Shown: positions 9,541 to 20,140, numbered from the stretch's first letter. The stretch: DNA of 64,000 bases from Mediterranea sp. (GCA_031261785.1 JAISIZ010000094.1:1471-65470), one strand, 5' to 3'. Notes: generated by a model not told the origin, from the letters alone. Numbers and translations: made by a program.

Positions 9541-10769
9541 AGATGAAAGAAACAGGAAAAAGTCTGCTCTTGAAGCTGAAAGAAGAAGGAAAAGGTCTGT
9601 TCTCCAGCCAGGAAACCGAAGACCGGGTCTTGAGAGGCTTTTCAAGGATCCTCACACGGGAAGCATTTCTTTGTAACCGTCCTGTCGTCCTATTCAAATT
9701 ACCGGGTGAGAGAACCCATTATGTCGTGGATCTCTTGGATCCAAAGGAGATGACGTTCTTGTATGACCTAAGAGAACTCAACGGGAAAAAGGGCTTTGTC
9801 TTCGCTCCTTTCCACGTCAGCGAAGAGCATCCCATCATCCTATTCGAAGCGAGTGATGAAATCCTCGATGAAAATGGGCATCTCTTCCCCTTGCCGCTCC
9901 TACCTTCTACATTCAAGGCCCCTCTCTTTGAGGAGCAATCGACGTACGCTCCCGTCCCGGAGAGCTATGCCAGGCGGTTTCAGCGCTTCAGCGACGCTTT
10001 GCGTGCCGGAATGTTTGAGAAGCTTGTCCTGTCGCGTGCCGAAAGCATGTCCTGTCGCGAGGATTTCTTCTTTCCAGACCTGTTTTACGATACTTCTATC
10101 TTGTACGCGAACTCCTACATCTATACATTCTACATCCCCGGCAGGATGCTTTGGGCGGGAGCCACTCCCGAAGTGCTACTCTCCTCGAAAGACGGGAACG
10201 TATGGAACACCGTGGCGCTGGCCGGCACGCAGTCCCTATGTGCCGGCGGGGAGCTACCCCTGAAATGGGACGAGAAGAACCGGCAGGAGCAAGCCTACGT
10301 AGCCGACTACATCAGGAAGCAACTCTCTTCATTAGGCATCCGGGCGGAAGAGAGCGAACCGTATGCCGTCCGGGCAGGGGCATTGTCGCACCTAAAGACC
10401 GATTTCCACTTCACCCTCGCCGACAAGGAACACCTGGGCGACCTGATCAAAACGCTCTATCCTACCCCCGCCGTGTGCGGCTTACCCAAGGAAGAGGCCT
10501 ATCGCTTCATTGTGGAGAACGAGGGATACGACCGCTCCTACTACTCGGGCATCGTGGGCTGGCTGGATCCTAACGGACAGACGGACCTTTACGTCAACCT
10601 GCGTTGCGCGGAAGTCCATACGTTGGCAGACAAGAGCCTGGGAGCTACTTTATATGCCGGAGGAGGATTGCTCGCTTCCTCCAATCTCGACGACGAATGG
10701 CTGGAGACGGAGAAGAAGATGCAGACCATGCGCCGAGTCGTGGGCAGCACGGGTGATACCAAGAGATAA
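9537..10769 (+). CDS. menF: Isochorismate synthase
   Basis: KLVLSR, GATPEVLL, ALAGT, YPTPAVCGLP, LYVNLRC, YAGGGLL; upstream of menD. Confidence 0.9.
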   Translation: MKMKETGKSLLLKLKEEGKGLFSSQETEDRVLRGFSRILTREAFLCNRPVVLFKLPGERTHYVVDLLDPKEMTFLYDLRELNGKKGFVFAPFHVSEEHPIILFEASDEILDENGHLFPLPLLPSTFKAPLFEEQSTYAPVPESYARRFQRFSDALRAGMFEKLVLSRAESMSCREDFFFPDLFYDTSILYANSYIYTFYIPGRMLWAGATPEVLLSSKDGNVWNTVALAGTQSLCAGGELPLKWDEKNRQEQAYVADYIRKQLSSLGIRAEESEPYAVRAGALSHLKTDFHFTLADKEHLGDLIKTLYPTPAVCGLPKEEAYRFIVENEGYDRSYYSGIVGWLDPNGQTDLYVNLRCAEVHTLADKSLGATLYAGGGLLASSNLDDEWLETEKKMQTMRRVVGSTGDTKR

Positions 10770-10791
10770 CCGTTACATGATGATATAAAAA

Positions 10792-12468
10792 GTGTACTCG
10801 AACAAACAAAACATTCTCGAATTGGTGGCCTTGCTGCGAGAGCACGGGGTGACAAAGGTCGTCCTCTGCCCCGGCAGCCGTAACGCGCCCATCGTGCACA
10901 CGCTCTCCACCTGCCCCGACTTCACGTGTTACTCCGTGACCGACGAGCGGGGAGCGGGTTACTTCGCCATCGGACTGGCGCTCAACGGGGGCGCTCCAGC
11001 CGCCGTGTGCTGCACCTCGGGCACGGCGCTTCTCAACCTCCATCCCGCCGTGGCGGAGGCTTTCTACCAGCAGGTGCCGCTGGTGGTCATATCCGCCGAC
11101 CGTCCCGCCGCCTGGATCGGGCAGATGGACGGGCAGACGCTGCCGCAGCCCGGCGTGTTCGGCACGCTGTCGAGGAAGTCGGTCACCCTACCCGAGATCC
11201 ATTCCGACGAGGACCGATGGTACTGCAACCGGCTCATCAACGAGGCGCTATTGGCCACACACCACCACGGCAAAGGGCCGGTGCACATCAATGTCCCACT
11301 CTCCGAACCGCTGTTTGAGTTCACCGTGGCCGAGCTGCCCAAGGTACGTGTCATCACCCGCTACCAAGGGCTGAACGTGTACGACCGTGCGTACGACGAT
11401 CTCATCCTGCTCCTCAACCACTTCCGCAAACGGATGGTCGTCGTGGGGCAGATGAACCTCATCTACCTCTTCGAGAAACGATACGTCAAGCAACTCCACA
11501 AGCACTTCGCCTGGCTCACCGAGCACATCGGCAACCAAACCGTGCCGGGTATCCCGCTCAAGAACTTCGACGCGACCATCAACGCCATGTCCGAAGCCCA
11601 GGCCGAGGACATGACGCCCGACCTGCTCATCACCTACGGCGGGCACATCGTCTCCAAGCGGCTGAAGAAATTCCTCCGCGCGCACCGCCCCAAGGAGCAC
11701 TGGCACGTGTCGGCCGACGGCGAGGTGGTCGACCTCTTCGGCTCGCTCACCACCGTCATCGAGATGGACCCTTTCGAGTTCCTCGAGAAGATAGCCGGGC
11801 TGATCGACTCCGAGACCCCCGATTTCCCCCGTATGTGGGAAAACTATTGCAAGGAGATTCCCGAACCCAACATCGCCTACTCCGAAATGTCGGCCGTGGG
11901 TGCCCTCATCAAGGCGTTGCCCAACCCGTGCGCCCTGCATCTGGCCAACAGCTCGGCCGTGCGCTACGCCCAGCTCTACACCTTGCCCCCCAACGTGGAG
12001 GTGTGCTGCAACCGGGGTACCAGCGGCATCGAGGGGTCGCTCTCGACCGCCGTGGGCTACGCCTCCGTGTCGGACAAGCTGAACTTCGTGGCCATTGGCG
12101 ACCTTAGCTTCTTCTACGACATGAACGCCCTGTGGATGGGCAACAACATCCGCCCCAACCTCCGTATCATGATGCTCAACAACGGCGGCGGAGAGATTTT
12201 CCATACCTTGCCGGACCTCGACATGTCGGGTACTTCGCACAAGTTCATCACCGCCGTGCACAAGACTTCGGCCCGAGGATGGGCCGAGGAGCGGGGATTC
12301 GTCTACCTCCGCGCCGAAAACGAGGAAGAGCTGGCCGAAGCCATGACCTCCTTCGCCCGCCCCGAAGCGCAAGAACGGCCACTCCTGCTGGAGGTGGTGA
12401 CCAACAAGAACAAGGACGCCCGTATCCTGAAGGAGTATTACTATCAATTACGACAACAACAATCATAA
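10792..12468 (+). CDS. menD: SEPHCHC synthase
   Basis: [57 protein letters not shown]. Confidence 0.97.
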   Translation: MYSNKQNILELVALLREHGVTKVVLCPGSRNAPIVHTLSTCPDFTCYSVTDERGAGYFAIGLALNGGAPAAVCCTSGTALLNLHPAVAEAFYQQVPLVVISADRPAAWIGQMDGQTLPQPGVFGTLSRKSVTLPEIHSDEDRWYCNRLINEALLATHHHGKGPVHINVPLSEPLFEFTVAELPKVRVITRYQGLNVYDRAYDDLILLLNHFRKRMVVVGQMNLIYLFEKRYVKQLHKHFAWLTEHIGNQTVPGIPLKNFDATINAMSEAQAEDMTPDLLITYGGHIVSKRLKKFLRAHRPKEHWHVSADGEVVDLFGSLTTVIEMDPFEFLEKIAGLIDSETPDFPRMWENYCKEIPEPNIAYSEMSAVGALIKALPNPCALHLANSSAVRYAQLYTLPPNVEVCCNRGTSGIEGSLSTAVGYASVSDKLNFVAIGDLSFFYDMNALWMGNNIRPNLRIMMLNNGGGEIFHTLPDLDMSGTSHKFITAVHKTSARGWAEERGFVYLRAENEEELAEAMTSFARPEAQERPLLLEVVTNKNKDARILKEYYYQLRQQQS

Positions 12469-12480
12469 ACCATAAAGCGT

Positions 12481-13305
12481 ATGTCCACACCAAGAGAATG
12501 GATACCCATCCGTGAGTATCAAGACATCCTGTTCGACTTCTACAACGGGATTGCCCGTATCACCATCAACCGCGAGCGTTATCGCAATGCTTTCACTCCT
12601 ACCACTACCGCCGAGATGAGCGATGCCCTTCGCGTCTGCCGCGAGGAGGCCGACGTCAACGTCGTCGTCCTCACCGGGGCGGGCGACAAAGCCTTCTGCT
12701 CGGGAGGCGACCAGAACGTGAAGGGACGGGGCGGATACCTCGACAAGGACGGCGTGCCCCGCCTCAGCGTACTCGACGTCCAGAAGCAGATACGCAGCCT
12801 CCCCAAGCCCGTCGTAGCCGCCGTCAACGGCTTCGCCATCGGAGGCGGGCACGTGCTGCACGTGGTATGCGACCTTTCCATTGCCTCCGAGAATGCCATA
12901 TTCGGACAGACCGGCCCGCGCGTGGGCAGCTTCGACGCCGGCTTCGGCGCCTCCTACCTGGCACGGGTGGTGGGGCAGAAAAAGGCCCGCGAGATTTGGT
13001 TCCTCTGCCGCAAGTACGATGCCCAAGAGGCGCTGCGGATGGGATTAGTCAACAAGGTCGTCCCGCTCGACCAACTCGAGGACGAGTACGTGCGATGGGC
13101 CGAGGAGATGATGACGCTAAGCCCCCTGGCGCTCCGCATGATCAAGGCCGGACTGAACGCCGAACTGGACGGGCAGGCGGGCATACAGGAACTGGCGGGC
13201 GACGCCACTCTCCTCTATTACCTCACCGACGAGGCACAAGAGGGAAAGAACGCCTTCCTCGAGAAGCGTAAACCCAACTTCAAGCAATACCCCAAGTTTC
13301 CGTAA
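12481..13305 (+). CDS. menB: 1,4-dihydroxy-2-naphthoyl-CoA synthase
   Basis: Crotonase fold [29 protein letters not shown]. Confidence 0.97.
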   Translation: MSTPREWIPIREYQDILFDFYNGIARITINRERYRNAFTPTTTAEMSDALRVCREEADVNVVVLTGAGDKAFCSGGDQNVKGRGGYLDKDGVPRLSVLDVQKQIRSLPKPVVAAVNGFAIGGGHVLHVVCDLSIASENAIFGQTGPRVGSFDAGFGASYLARVVGQKKAREIWFLCRKYDAQEALRMGLVNKVVPLDQLEDEYVRWAEEMMTLSPLALRMIKAGLNAELDGQAGIQELAGDATLLYYLTDEAQEGKNAFLEKRKPNFKQYPKFP

Positions 13306-13360
13306 TCGTCGCTTTTTCCCACGAAAGCAACGATATGCACGCTGTTCAAACATTACAACT

Positions 13361-14407
13361 ATGGACTGCCATATTGAAATCATTCCCCGCACACTGCATT
13401 TCAAGCAACCGGCGGGGACTTCACGAGGCATCTACACCACCCGCAAGGTGTGGTACCTGCGTCTCACTTCCCCCGACGAGCCGGGACGAGTAGGCATAGG
13501 AGAATGCGCTCCGCTGCCTAACCTGAGTTGCGACGACCTTCCCCAATACGAGACATTGCTGCAAAATGCCTGCCGACGGCTGGAAGCCAAGCGCGGTATG
13601 CTCGATACCGACGCCTTACGCCCCTATCCCTCCATCCTCTTCGGATTGGAGACAGCCTTCCGGCATTTCGATGCCGGAAGCTACGCCCTGCGCGACACCC
13701 CCTTCTCGAGGGGCGATGCGGGCATACCCATCAACGGCCTCATCTGGATGGGCGAGTACGACAAGATGTTGGCGCAGATAGAGACGAAGATGCAGGCGGG
13801 ATACCGCTGCGTCAAGCTCAAGATAGGCGCCATCAACTTCGACGACGAGTTGGAGCTGCTCCGCCACATCCGCCGACACTTCTCTGCCAAGGAGGTCGAA
13901 CTGCGTGTCGACGCCAACGGCGCCTTCGCGCCAGCCGACGCCCTGGAAAAACTCGAACGCCTCGCCGAGCTGGACATACACTCCATCGAACAACCCATCC
14001 GGGCAGGACAATGGGAGGAGATGGCACGGCTCACCGAAAAGTCGCCCCTCCCCATCGCCCTCGACGAAGAGCTGGTCGGACAGAACATGCGGCAGCAGAA
14101 GTTCGACCTGCTCAAGGCGCTGCATCCACGATACATCATCCTCAAGCCATCCCTGCACGGCGGCGTCGCGGGATGCGACGAATGGATAGAGCTGGCCCAG
14201 AGGATGAACGTTGGCTGGTGGGCCACCTCCGCCCTCGAGTCGAACATCGGCCTCAACGCCATCGCGCAGTGGTGCGCCACCTACCAAAACCCGCTGCCAC
14301 AAGGATTGGGCACGGGGCTGCTCTTTACCGACAACGTGGAGATGCCGCTCGAGATCCGGCACGATTGCCTCTGGTATACCGCCGGCCACAAAGGAGGCCA
14401 GGCATGA
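13361..14407 (+). CDS. menC: o-succinylbenzoate synthase
   Basis: Enolase-superfamily KLKIG, RVDANG, EQP, ALDEE, SALES; men context. Confidence 0.93.
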   Translation: MDCHIEIIPRTLHFKQPAGTSRGIYTTRKVWYLRLTSPDEPGRVGIGECAPLPNLSCDDLPQYETLLQNACRRLEAKRGMLDTDALRPYPSILFGLETAFRHFDAGSYALRDTPFSRGDAGIPINGLIWMGEYDKMLAQIETKMQAGYRCVKLKIGAINFDDELELLRHIRRHFSAKEVELRVDANGAFAPADALEKLERLAELDIHSIEQPIRAGQWEEMARLTEKSPLPIALDEELVGQNMRQQKFDLLKALHPRYIILKPSLHGGVAGCDEWIELAQRMNVGWWATSALESNIGLNAIAQWCATYQNPLPQGLGTGLLFTDNVEMPLEIRHDCLWYTAGHKGGQA

Positions 14408-15471
14408 CGCTCGACAGGCAACACCAATGCCTGCTGCTCGAGGGACGGCCCTACGCGCCCCACCAACTTGACGAACTCGCCGAACGGGGAGGGCGGGACC
14501 TATACGACTTCCTGAGCGACTGGTTCGATCCCTCGCCCTACCTCGACGTGCAGACCTCCGGATCCACCGGCATCCCCAAGACCTGGCGGGCACGCAAGGA
14601 GCAGATGACGCAAAGCGCACGCCTCACCTGCCAGACACTTGGGCTACGGGCCGGCGACACCGCCCTGCTCAACATGAACCTGCGCTACATAGGCGCCAAA
14701 ATGATGGTGGTACGCGCGCTGGTAGCGGGATTGGACCTGATGGTGCGTCCCGCCTCCGGCCATCCGCTGGCCGACGTGCCCACACCCCCGCGGTTCGCCT
14801 CCATGGTGCCCCTGCAGGTGTACAACACCCTGCAAGTGCCACTCGAAAGGGAGAGACTGCGGCAAGCCGAGGTGCTGATTATCGGCGGGGGAGCCATCGA
14901 CGACGCCCTGCTGGCCGAGGTACGCCAGCTCCCCGGTGCCGTCTACTCCACCTACGGAATGACCGAAACCCTCTCGCACGTCGCCCTCCGCCGCCTCAAC
15001 GGCCCCACCCCCTCGGAGCGCTACGTCCCGCTACCCTCGGTCGACCTATCGCTCTCCGGAGAGGGCACGCTCATCATCGACGCCCCGCTGGTGTGCGACG
15101 GGCCGCTGCGCACCAACGACGTGGCACGCCTATACCCCGACGGAAGCTTCGTCATCCTGGGACGGATAGACAACGTGATCGACAGCGGCGGCGTCAAAAT
15201 CCAGGCCGAGGAGCTGGAACGGCGGCTCTGCCAGCTGACCGACGCGCCCCTCGCCATCACCTCACGCCCCGACGCCCGCCTGGGCGAGGCCATCGTCTTG
15301 CTTGTCGGAGGCTCGCCGGACGAGAACGAAATCGAGGCGCTGAAGGCACGGATACAAGCCTCCATCGACCCTTACAGCCGCCCCCGCGCCATCGTCGCCC
15401 TACCCCATATCCCCGCGGCAGGCAACGGCAAAGTGGACCGAGCGGCCTGCAAGAAGCTTGCGAATTCTTAA
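14404..15471 (+). CDS. menE: o-succinylbenzoate-CoA ligase (true start 14404, not 13528)
   Basis: ATGA overlap with the menC stop; TSGSTGIPK, YGMTET, GRIDNVIDSGGVK, GKVDR. Confidence 0.92.
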   Translation: MTLDRQHQCLLLEGRPYAPHQLDELAERGGRDLYDFLSDWFDPSPYLDVQTSGSTGIPKTWRARKEQMTQSARLTCQTLGLRAGDTALLNMNLRYIGAKMMVVRALVAGLDLMVRPASGHPLADVPTPPRFASMVPLQVYNTLQVPLERERLRQAEVLIIGGGAIDDALLAEVRQLPGAVYSTYGMTETLSHVALRRLNGPTPSERYVPLPSVDLSLSGEGTLIIDAPLVCDGPLRTNDVARLYPDGSFVILGRIDNVIDSGGVKIQAEELERRLCQLTDAPLAITSRPDARLGEAIVLLVGGSPDENEIEALKARIQASIDPYSRPRAIVALPHIPAAGNGKVDRAACKKLANS

Positions 15472-15510
15472 AAAACAAGGCGTTTCGCTTGCGACTACTT
15501 GAATAATATT

Positions 15511-15518
15511 TATCTTTG
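15511..15518 (+). promoter_or_regulatory. -7 element TATCTTTG for oxyR
   Basis: Exact consensus 29 bp upstream of ATG 15548. Confidence 0.7.
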
Positions 15519-15547
15519 TCCCCGCAAGTACCAACGTTGAAAGAAGA

Positions 15548-16474
15548 ATGACCATACAACAATTGGAATACCTGCTGGCCGTAGACCGCTATCGGCATTT
15601 CGCCAAGGCGGCCGAACAATGCGGGGTGAAGCAACCCACGTTGAGCGCCATGATTCAGAAGTTGGAGGAGGAGTTGGGCGCGAAACTGTTCGACCGCAAC
15701 GTTCAGCCCGTGCGCCCCACCCCCGTCGGACGGAAGATTATCAAGCAGGCACGCGTCGTCATCGCGCAGGCGTCGTTAGTCAGAGACATCGTCTATGAAG
15801 AGAAACGCACCCTCACCGGCATATTCAGGCTGGGAGTGCTACCTACCATAGCCCCTTATCTGCTACCCCGCTTCTTCCCCCGGCTCATGGAGGAGCATCC
15901 CGAGCTGGACATCAGGGTGAGCGAGATGAAGACCCACCAGATCCATCAGGCCCTGCGAAGCGGGGAGCTGGACGCCGCCATCGTGGCCAGCCGCCTCGAC
16001 GACGAGGCCCTGGCCGAGGAGCCGCTTTTCTATGAGCAGTTCTTCGGATACGTCGCGCGCGGCGAATCGCTTTTCGGACACGACCTGATACGCACCTCCG
16101 ACATCACCGGCGAGCGGCTCTGGCTGCTCGACGAGGGGCATTGCTTCCGCGAGCAGCTGACACGCTTCTGCCAGCTGGAATCGGTCAAGCTTAGCCAGAT
16201 GGCCTATCGGCTGGGCAGTATGGAGACCTTCATGCGGATGGTGGAGAGCGGCAAAGGCATCACCTTCATCCCCGAACTGGCCACCCTACAGCTCTGCGAG
16301 GAGCAACGGCTGCTGGTGCGCCCCTTCGCCATCCCCCGGCCTACCCGACAAGTGGGGCTGGCGTACGGCAGGGACTTCGTGCGGCGAAGCCTGCTCGACG
16401 TGCTGAAACTGAGCATACAGGCCGCCGTGCCCCGGGAGATGCTCGCCCCGCGCGTAGAGCAGAGCCTCGTGTAG
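15548..16474 (+). CDS. oxyR: LysR-family H2O2 sensor
   Basis: LysR HTH, GVLPTIAPYLLP, DEGHCFREQLTRFCQ with both redox cysteines 9 residues apart. Confidence 0.93.
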   Translation: MTIQQLEYLLAVDRYRHFAKAAEQCGVKQPTLSAMIQKLEEELGAKLFDRNVQPVRPTPVGRKIIKQARVVIAQASLVRDIVYEEKRTLTGIFRLGVLPTIAPYLLPRFFPRLMEEHPELDIRVSEMKTHQIHQALRSGELDAAIVASRLDDEALAEEPLFYEQFFGYVARGESLFGHDLIRTSDITGERLWLLDEGHCFREQLTRFCQLESVKLSQMAYRLGSMETFMRMVESGKGITFIPELATLQLCEEQRLLVRPFAIPRPTRQVGLAYGRDFVRRSLLDVLKLSIQAAVPREMLAPRVEQSLV

Positions 16475-16573
16475 GCAATCACCCGGGAGAAAAAGAGCGG
16501 AATACGGCAGTCGGGGGCGAACCATTTTAAGAAGAAAGAGTTTATTCATTATATTTATTTAATTGACAAGTTT

Positions 16574-17257
16574 ATGAAAAAGTACATTGCAGAAATGATT
16601 GGCACCATGGTGCTTGTGTTAATGGGTTGCGGAAGCGCGGTGTTCGCCGGCAGCGTAGCCGGAACGGTAGGCGCCGGCGTGGGAACGCTGGGTGTAGCCC
16701 TCGCTTTCGGACTATCGGTAGTGGCCATGGCCTACGCCATCGGCGGCATCTCCGGATGCCACATCAACCCGGCCATCACGCTGGGCGTGTTCCTCTCGGG
16801 ACGCATGAGCGGTAAGGACGCCGGTATGTACATGCTGTTCCAGGTCATTGGAGCCATCATCGGATCGGCTATCCTCTTCGCACTGGTTTCCACCGGAGCG
16901 CACGAAGGTCCCACGGCCACCGGGTCCAACGGCTACGGCGACGGTGAGATGCTTCAGGCCTTCATCGCCGAGGCGGTATTCACCTTCATCTTCGTGCTCG
17001 TAGTGCTCGGCTCCACCGACGCCACGAAGGGCGCGGGCAACTTCGCCGGCTTGGCCATCGGCCTCACGCTGGTGCTGGTGCACATCGTGTGCATACCCAT
17101 CACCGGCACGTCGGTCAACCCCGCACGCAGCATCGGTCCGGCCCTGTTCGAGGGTGGAGCGGCCCTGTCGCAGCTCTGGCTCTTCATCGTGGCTCCGTTC
17201 GTGGGAGCGGCGCTCAGCGCGCTGACCTGGAACCTCTTCGCCGACAAGAAGCAGTAA
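16574..17257 (+). CDS. aqpZ: MIP-family channel (aquaporin Z-like)
   Basis: Two NPA motifs (HINPA, SVNPARS). Confidence 0.9.
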   Translation: MKKYIAEMIGTMVLVLMGCGSAVFAGSVAGTVGAGVGTLGVALAFGLSVVAMAYAIGGISGCHINPAITLGVFLSGRMSGKDAGMYMLFQVIGAIIGSAILFALVSTGAHEGPTATGSNGYGDGEMLQAFIAEAVFTFIFVLVVLGSTDATKGAGNFAGLAIGLTLVLVHIVCIPITGTSVNPARSIGPALFEGGAALSQLWLFIVAPFVGAALSALTWNLFADKKQ

Positions 17258-17282
17258 ACGAGGGGACACCAGTTGACCAGGT

Positions 17283-17321
17283 AAAAAACGAGGGGCGGCA
17301 GTTTCACAACTGTCGCCCCTC
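17283..17321 (-). terminator. Intrinsic terminator for the nigD-like gene
   Basis: 12-bp stem 17290-17301 / 17310-17321 followed by a T6 run on the minus strand. Confidence 0.75.
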
Positions 17322-17422
17322 TGGCTTGCATAAGCAAATTATATATTAAAAAGAGTGTGTCACCTTTCTCTCAGGAGCCGTGTCCTATTCCGGAACTGAA
17401 TCAGGGTGTCGGTTGTCTGATA

Positions 17423-18154
17423 CTAATCTGTCGAAAAACTTATTTCGTATTGCTTAATGCCATCGTAGAGGGTATTCACTCGCACTTTCACTCCTTTCTT
17501 TCCCTCCAGGAGGCTCTTGATCTTGTCGAGTTTGAAGGAGACGTATCCCTCGCCGAGGCGGACAGGCTCGTCGCCTTCGTCATTGTGCCTGAATTCCAGG
17601 TCGGCGAACTCGCCGCTCCCCGTCTCTCCCGTCGTGGCCGGGTTGACGACGAGGTTCAGCAGATGCTTCTTGTCGGCGTTGTCCGTGCCGTAGTATTGAA
17701 ATTCTATGGTCAGGTACTTACGGTCTTTGCTGATCCACAGGTAGGTGGCGTTTATCTTGTCGTCGCCCACTTTCTCTTCCGTATTCTCCCCTTCGCCCAG
17801 AGTGACTACCTCCTTGGTAAGCACGGGGGTCACTTGCTTCACGTCGACATTGTAATCGTATCCTTCGGCCGGGGTATCCATATTGTTGAACAGCACGAAA
17901 GCCCTTTGCCCGTCGGTGTACTCCTCCGTCGCCCATCCCGTGCCGCCGGCAGGAAACAGCGTCTCGCCACCGTCGGTGGTGAAGTAGTATCCCTTGTCGG
18001 TCCGGACCGTCGCCACCTTGTTGATGGTGGCCAGCGCCAGCAGGTCGGGCTTCTCCTCCTTCAGGCACGATTGCGTCAATCCCGCCGTACCAAGGAGGAT
18101 GGCGACGATACCCAAGAAGGCTTTCACATTCAATTTTCTCATCGCTTTCATCAT
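17423..18154 (-). CDS. NigD-like lipoprotein (NigD1-type; start 18142-18154, not 18400)
   Basis: Lipobox [32 protein letters not shown]; divergent from an ECF sigma gene. Confidence 0.85.
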   Translation of the reverse strand: MMKAMRKLNVKAFLGIVAILLGTAGLTQSCLKEEKPDLLALATINKVATVRTDKGYYFTTDGGETLFPAGGTGWATEEYTDGQRAFVLFNNMDTPAEGYDYNVDVKQVTPVLTKEVVTLGEGENTEEKVGDDKINATYLWISKDRKYLTIEFQYYGTDNADKKHLLNLVVNPATTGETGSGEFADLEFRHNDEGDEPVRLGEGYVSFKLDKIKSLLEGKKGVKVRVNTLYDGIKQYEISFSTD

Positions 18155-18265
18155 GATTGCTTTCAGTTTACGCAAGGTAAACGCGAAGTACGGACAAATA
18201 TTGCGCCATCCATCTGTTAAAGAGATAAAAAGGCATGAAGAATTGCTCACTCGGCGCAATATCCA

Positions 18266-18273
18266 TACCTTTG
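18266..18273 (+). promoter_or_regulatory. -7 element TACCTTTG for the ECF sigma operon
   Basis: Exact consensus upstream of the sigma gene. Confidence 0.6.
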
Positions 18274-18305
18274 CCGCGTTTAAAAAGTGACGCGTGTCGA
18301 CAGAG

Positions 18306-18857
18306 ATGACGGAAATGGAACTTGCAGAGCGGTGCAAGCTTGGCGACAACCAAGCGCGCAAGGAGCTGTATGAGCGGTATGCGGGGCGTATGCTCGGCAT
18401 CTGCCTGCGTTACGCGGGCGACCGCGATACGGCCGAAGACTTGCTGCACGACGGTTTTCTTCGCGCCTTCCGCTACTTCGACAAGTTCAACTGGCGGGGC
18501 GAAGGCTCCCTGAGGGCATGGATGGAGCGGCTGATGGCCAACGTCGCCCTGCAATACCTCCGCGACAAGAACGTGCTCAGCCAGGCCCAGCCCATCGACG
18601 AGGTGCGCGAGCTAAGCGACGACGAACCCGACGCCGACGATATTGAACGGGTGCCCGAGGAAGTGCTGATGAAATTCATCGGTGAGCTGCCCACGGGCTA
18701 CCGCACGGTGCTCAATCTCTACATTTTCGAGGAGAAGTCGCACCGCGAGATCGCGCGACTACTGGGCATCAACGAGAAATCGTCGGCCTCGCAGTTCTTC
18801 CGCGCCAAGCACCTGCTGGCCAAGAGAATCAAGGAATGGATAGCCTGCAACGAATGA
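18306..18857 (+). CDS. ECF sigma factor (EcfO/Das1-like; alternative GTG start 18294)
   Basis: Region 2 [10 protein letters not shown]...WMERL, region 4 [12 protein letters not shown]...[11 protein letters not shown]...SASQFFRAK. Confidence 0.93.
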   Translation: MTEMELAERCKLGDNQARKELYERYAGRMLGICLRYAGDRDTAEDLLHDGFLRAFRYFDKFNWRGEGSLRAWMERLMANVALQYLRDKNVLSQAQPIDEVRELSDDEPDADDIERVPEEVLMKFIGELPTGYRTVLNLYIFEEKSHREIARLLGINEKSSASQFFRAKHLLAKRIKEWIACNE

Positions 18858-18886
18858 TAGATACGTATAAAAAAGGAACGATATAG

Positions 18887-20140
18887 ATGAAAAAGAATGA
18901 ATTGTGGACCGATAAGCTGAAGCAACGGCTGAGTGAGCACACGCCGCCGCTGCCACCCGACGGATGGGAACGACTGGAGCGGGAGCTTGCGCCCACGCCC
19001 GTGATGAAGACGCGCCCCCTTCGCCAATGGGTACGGATGGCTGCCGCCGTAGCCGCGCTCGTAGCCCTCTCCACCGCCGCATATCTCTACTGGGTGCCCG
19101 ATGGAGCGACCGAGCTGGCGCAAACCGCCCTACCCGGAACCTCGCCCGACCTCCTGCCATCCCACCCCCTGCCCGATAGCTCCACCGCCGCTCCCCATAC
19201 TTTGCCGGTAGTTACCGCACGCCCTGCCCATACGGGCGAGAAACTCATCGCGCAAGCCCGAACCGAGGAGGAAAAAGCCATACCGCCCGACACTCCCGCC
19301 GACGAAGGCGAGCAAACGGCGATATCCTCTGGCACTCCCACCGGCGTAAAGAAAGACAGCGACAAAGAGAAAGACACCGACAAGGAGAAGGCCATCGGCA
19401 CCACCCAAAAGCGGACACGCCCCGCACGTCCTTCATCCAAAGACAAATATCAGCTCCCCGCGGAGAAGACTCCTAAGCGTGGAGGTGGCTGGTCGATGGG
19501 CATATCGGCCGCTGGCGTCATCGCCTCCTCAGACGGGACTATCGAACGAGGCAACGGCTATCCCTCGCGGATGAACATCGCTTCGTCTGCCGATGCCTTG
19601 GTGGAGGTTCCCAAGGGCGAACAAGTGGTGTTTAACGACGGCGTGCCCTACCTGCTCGCCGGTAATCAGATAACCGACATCAAGCACCGCCAGCCTATCT
19701 CGGTAGGCGTGTCGGTACGCAAGGCGCTACCCCGCGGCTTCTCCGTCGAGACGGGGCTGACCTACACCTTGCTTTCCTCCGACGTCACCCTGTCGGGATC
19801 CGAGCGTGCCGTCAGCCAGAAACTGCACTACATTGGCCTACCCGTCCGTGCCAACTGGAATTTCCTCGAGAAGCGACTCGTCACCCTCTACGCCAGCGGC
19901 GGCGGCATGGTGGAGAAATGCGTGTATGGCAAGCTCGGTTCCGACAAGCTTACCGTGAAGCCCCTGCAATTCTCCGTCATGGGAGGCGTGGGCGCGCAGA
20001 TCAACGCCACCAAGCGCGTCGGATTCTATGTCGAACCCGGCGTGGCCTACTACTTCGACAATGGCTCTGCCGTACGCACCATCCGCAAGGATACTCCCTT
20101 CAACTTCAACTTGCAGGCCGGACTACGATTGACGTATTAA
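18887..20140 (+). CDS. Dual-membrane-spanning anti-sigma factor (Reo/Dma1-like)
   Basis: Short cytoplasmic N-domain (WTDKLKQRL...GWERLE), TM helix, long P/T/E/K-rich linker, C-terminal beta-barrel ending LRLTY; follows the ECF sigma gene. Confidence 0.8.
   Translation: MKKNELWTDKLKQRLSEHTPPLPPDGWERLERELAPTPVMKTRPLRQWVRMAAAVAALVALSTAAYLYWVPDGATELAQTALPGTSPDLLPSHPLPDSSTAAPHTLPVVTARPAHTGEKLIAQARTEEEKAIPPDTPADEGEQTAISSGTPTGVKKDSDKEKDTDKEKAIGTTQKRTRPARPSSKDKYQLPAEKTPKRGGGWSMGISAAGVIASSDGTIERGNGYPSRMNIASSADALVEVPKGEQVVFNDGVPYLLAGNQITDIKHRQPISVGVSVRKALPRGFSVETGLTYTLLSSDVTLSGSERAVSQKLHYIGLPVRANWNFLEKRLVTLYASGGGMVEKCVYGKLGSDKLTVKPLQFSVMGGVGAQINATKRVGFYVEPGVAYYFDNGSAVRTIRKDTPFNFNLQAGLRLTY

Noticed and set aside
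13528-14403. Long N-terminal extension of menE in the ORF track (647 aa)
   Set aside because: It overlaps menC in another frame and is Arg/Pro-rich shadow sequence; ATG 14404 gives the typical ATGA coupling and a normal MenE.
17423-18400. 325-aa version of the nigD-like gene
   Set aside because: The extension overlaps the sigma gene and both promoters; the lipoprotein signal starts at 18142-18154.
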